Source: Promethearchaeota archaeon
GTDB lineage: Archaea; Asgardarchaeota; Lokiarchaeia; Sigyniarchaeales; SOKP01
Reading direction: 5' to 3'
DNA length: 64,000 nt
Assembly: GCA_019058445.1 (NCBI GenBank)
Contig: JAHPZA010000003.1
Span: forward strand, 356,919-420,918
Below the pieces are notes generated by a model, which did no database searches, was not told the DNA's origin, and saw only the letters and a program-made list of their open reading frames with translations. A program made the position numbers and the translations under genes. Below, piece after piece: positions 61,628-64,000 of this stretch. The first letter of the stretch is position 1; each line of letters opens with the position of its first letter.

Positions 61628-63427
61628 TTGGTGGAAAAAATGGTTAAAGTAAACGGAGCGCAATTAATAGTGCGCGCTTTAAGTAACCAAGGAGTTGAAG
61701 CTATTTGGACGTTATGCGGAGATAATGATATGATCTATAATTACTGCCATGATAAAGAATGTACTGAAGGTATTGATCTGATTGATTTTCGCCATGAACA
61801 AGCTACTGGACACGCTGCTATAGGTTATTATTTAGCAACGGGTAAAGTTGGAGTATGTTCTGTTCAATCGGGTCCTGGAATTACTGACTTATTTCCTTCA
61901 ATACCAATTGCTTGGGATGCTAGTATTCCCTTAGTTGCATTATGTACAGCTACACCATTGATGGAATTTGAAAAATTGGCAGCAAATGAAATTGATGTGG
62001 TTCCCGCATTTCGTCCTGTTACGAAATGGGCTGGATACTGTTATGAAACGGAAAGATTGCCTGAATACATCAATATGGCTTTTAGAATTGCTTCTACAGG
62101 GCGTCCTGGACCAGTTCTCTTGTTAGTCCCTTTTGATGTAATGGTTAAGGAATGTGATGATGAACTGGATATAGTAAAACAAGCTTTCAGACCAGTAGAA
62201 ATGCTTCGGGCATTCGATGGTCCATATGGAAATGAACGACAAGTTAAAAAAGCACTTGAATTATTATTAAAAGCTGAACGGCCTCTAGTGTTTGCTGGTA
62301 CAGGAGTTGGTTTATCAGATGCATCTGATGAATTATTAAAATTTGCGGAATTGACTCAAATCCCAGTAGGATTATGGGGTTTTGGTAATGGCTGTTTTCC
62401 TCCTGATAATCCTTTATATTTCGGATTAGCAAGTCCATTGGATGGGCCTGGAACAAAATTACTCAGTAAAGTTGACGTGGTTCTAATATTGGGTGCAAGA
62501 ATTACTGGAATGATGAATTTTGGTTACATGCCATGTTTTGGAGATAATGCAAAACTTATCCAAGTTGATATTAAAGCAGAAGAAATTGGTAGAAATAGAG
62601 GCATTGATGTGCCGATTGTTGGAGATGTTAAAGGAGTGCTTACTCAATTAGCTCAATTTGCGGCAGAAAAATTAAACAATACACCAAGAACTCAAAGTGT
62701 TTGGGTTAAAGAAGTTCAAGAAGCATTGGCAAAATTTAATGAACGAATTGAGAGAGATGGTTCGTCCGATAAAATACCAATTCATCCTCTACGCTTAGTA
62801 AAAGAAATTAGTGACTTTATGCCTCGAGATGGATATATCCTCCTTGATGGTGGTGATACAACAGTATGGGGACTCACTTCATTGAAAGCTTATTTCCCAA
62901 TGGCCATCTATTTTTCCGGAAGTCTGGGAATTCAACATCTTGGTGGGGGAGTACCTGGTGCAATCGCAACTAAATATGCACATCCTGATAAGAAAGTTCT
63001 TGTATTAACAGGGGATGGATCATTTCTATTCAATGGGAAAGAGCTTGATACCGCAAGAAGACATGATTTACCTTTTGTTGTGGTAATCTGTAATGATCGG
63101 TTATGGGGTATGGTTGCTAGAGGACAGAAGCTTGCATTTGGGAAGAAAGCTTTTGGATTATCGTCGAGTCTTAGTGATGAGACGCGTTATGATAAATATG
63201 CTGAAGCCTTTAATTGTCATGGTGAATTAGTAACTGATCCAAATGAACTAAAGGCAGCACTTCAAAGAGCATTCGATTCTGGGATTCCCGCGGTCATAGA
63301 TGTGCGTGTTAATCCAAAAGTAAACACTGTGATGGACTATTTATCAAAAGAAGCCTATAATCCAGCAACATGGAAACGGGAAGTTAAAGAAAAAGTCGAA
63401 GAATTAGTTATAGAAGTAAAAAAATAA
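61628..63427 (+). CDS. TPP-dependent enzyme (acetolactate synthase-like)
   Basis: FRHEQ, QSGPG, GRPGPV and GDGS..ND motifs. Confidence 0.9.
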   Translation: MVEKMVKVNGAQLIVRALSNQGVEAIWTLCGDNDMIYNYCHDKECTEGIDLIDFRHEQATGHAAIGYYLATGKVGVCSVQSGPGITDLFPSIPIAWDASIPLVALCTATPLMEFEKLAANEIDVVPAFRPVTKWAGYCYETERLPEYINMAFRIASTGRPGPVLLLVPFDVMVKECDDELDIVKQAFRPVEMLRAFDGPYGNERQVKKALELLLKAERPLVFAGTGVGLSDASDELLKFAELTQIPVGLWGFGNGCFPPDNPLYFGLASPLDGPGTKLLSKVDVVLILGARITGMMNFGYMPCFGDNAKLIQVDIKAEEIGRNRGIDVPIVGDVKGVLTQLAQFAAEKLNNTPRTQSVWVKEVQEALAKFNERIERDGSSDKIPIHPLRLVKEISDFMPRDGYILLDGGDTTVWGLTSLKAYFPMAIYFSGSLGIQHLGGGVPGAIATKYAHPDKKVLVLTGDGSFLFNGKELDTARRHDLPFVVVICNDRLWGMVARGQKLAFGKKAFGLSSSLSDETRYDKYAEAFNCHGELVTDPNELKAALQRAFDSGIPAVIDVRVNPKVNTVMDYLSKEAYNPATWKREVKEKVEELVIEVKK

Positions 63428-63444
63428 AATAGAAAGGGATTTCA

Positions 63445-64000
63445 ATGTTAGGTGCCCAATATCAAGGTAAAAAGAAAATCGAACTAATAGAACTTCCTAA
63501 ACCTGTTCCAAAAGAAAATGAAGTGTTAATTAAGGTGAAATATGCTGGAATATGTGGATCAGATTTAGAGGCATATAAAACTGGACTATATCCTGCACAT
63601 GTCGTCTTGGGACATGAATTTTGTGGGACTATTGCTGAAATGGGTCAAAATGTTAAGAAATGGAAGATAGGAGATCGAGTGACAGTTTTTCCCTCTTTAC
63701 ACTGTGGAAAATGTTATTATTGTAAGCAAGGTTTAACAAATCTGTGTGTTTATGAGGACTCGATAGGTATAGGTGCTAATGGAGGTTTTGCAGATTATGT
63801 TCTTGTAAAAGATCATCACCTTGTAGCTTTACCTGATTCAATACCAGATAAACATGGAACCGTATTCGATCAAATTGCCACAGGTCTATTGGCTTTAAGA
63901 GAATCAAATTTCATAGCAGGTAGTTCTGCCGTTGTTTTAGGTTTGGGAACAATGGGACAATTTGTGCTTCAATGTTTAAAGATAGCAGGAGCTAGAACGA
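63445..64000 (+). CDS. Zinc-dependent (MDR) alcohol dehydrogenase, 3'-truncated by window edge
   Basis: GICGSD, GHE, CGKCYYC..G..NLC and GLGTMG motifs. Confidence 0.9.
   Translation, partial: MLGAQYQGKKKIELIELPKPVPKENEVLIKVKYAGICGSDLEAYKTGLYPAHVVLGHEFCGTIAEMGQNVKKWKIGDRVTVFPSLHCGKCYYCKQGLTNLCVYEDSIGIGANGGFADYVLVKDHHLVALPDSIPDKHGTVFDQIATGLLALRESNFIAGSSAVVLGLGTMGQFVLQCLKIAGART

Noticed and set aside
56-62456. Numerous 60-130 aa antisense or overlapping ORFs in the track (e.g. 9146-9535, 17248-17628, 56217-56552)
   Set aside because: Shadows of well-supported genes, with no motifs
1-64000. CRISPR arrays, tRNA/rRNA genes, IS transposases, integrases
   Set aside because: No regularly spaced repeats, GC-rich structured RNA segments or recombinase/transposase motifs were seen by eye; tRNAscan-SE and Infernal would be needed to exclude small RNAs

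Overview
AT-rich, gene-dense archaeal chromosomal window, most likely from an Asgard archaeon of the Lokiarchaeia type. This is inferred from GGTGA Shine-Dalgarno sites, TTTAAATA TATA boxes, a PGF-CTERM protein, a UBC-like/JAB fusion, LRR and TPR proteins, and many tandem metabolic paralogs. Most genes encode anaerobic heterotrophic metabolism: FAD oxidase plus CCG Fe-S proteins, corrinoid/MtaA pair, FadH, TPP enzymes, UidA, HgdAB-like dehydratases, a four-subunit 2-oxoacid:ferredoxin oxidoreductase and SDRs. Two elements stand out. (1) A 31-nt bulge-helix-bulge (tRNA-type) intron candidate at 39753-39783 interrupts a beta-keto acid cleavage enzyme (kce) gene. Cutting at the canonical bulge positions removes an in-frame stop and a frameshift and restores ...GGAHGKWTNPNLP..., giving a 309-aa protein. 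(2) An approximately 3-kb integrase-less module (about 23.8-26.85 kb) carries an HUH rolling-circle Rep, a candidate capsid protein, several zinc-finger microproteins (one missed by the ORF track) and origin-like hairpins, consistent with an integrated small ssDNA virus or plasmid. Several genes also appear to start at ATA or ATT. No rRNA, tRNA or CRISPR array was recognised.
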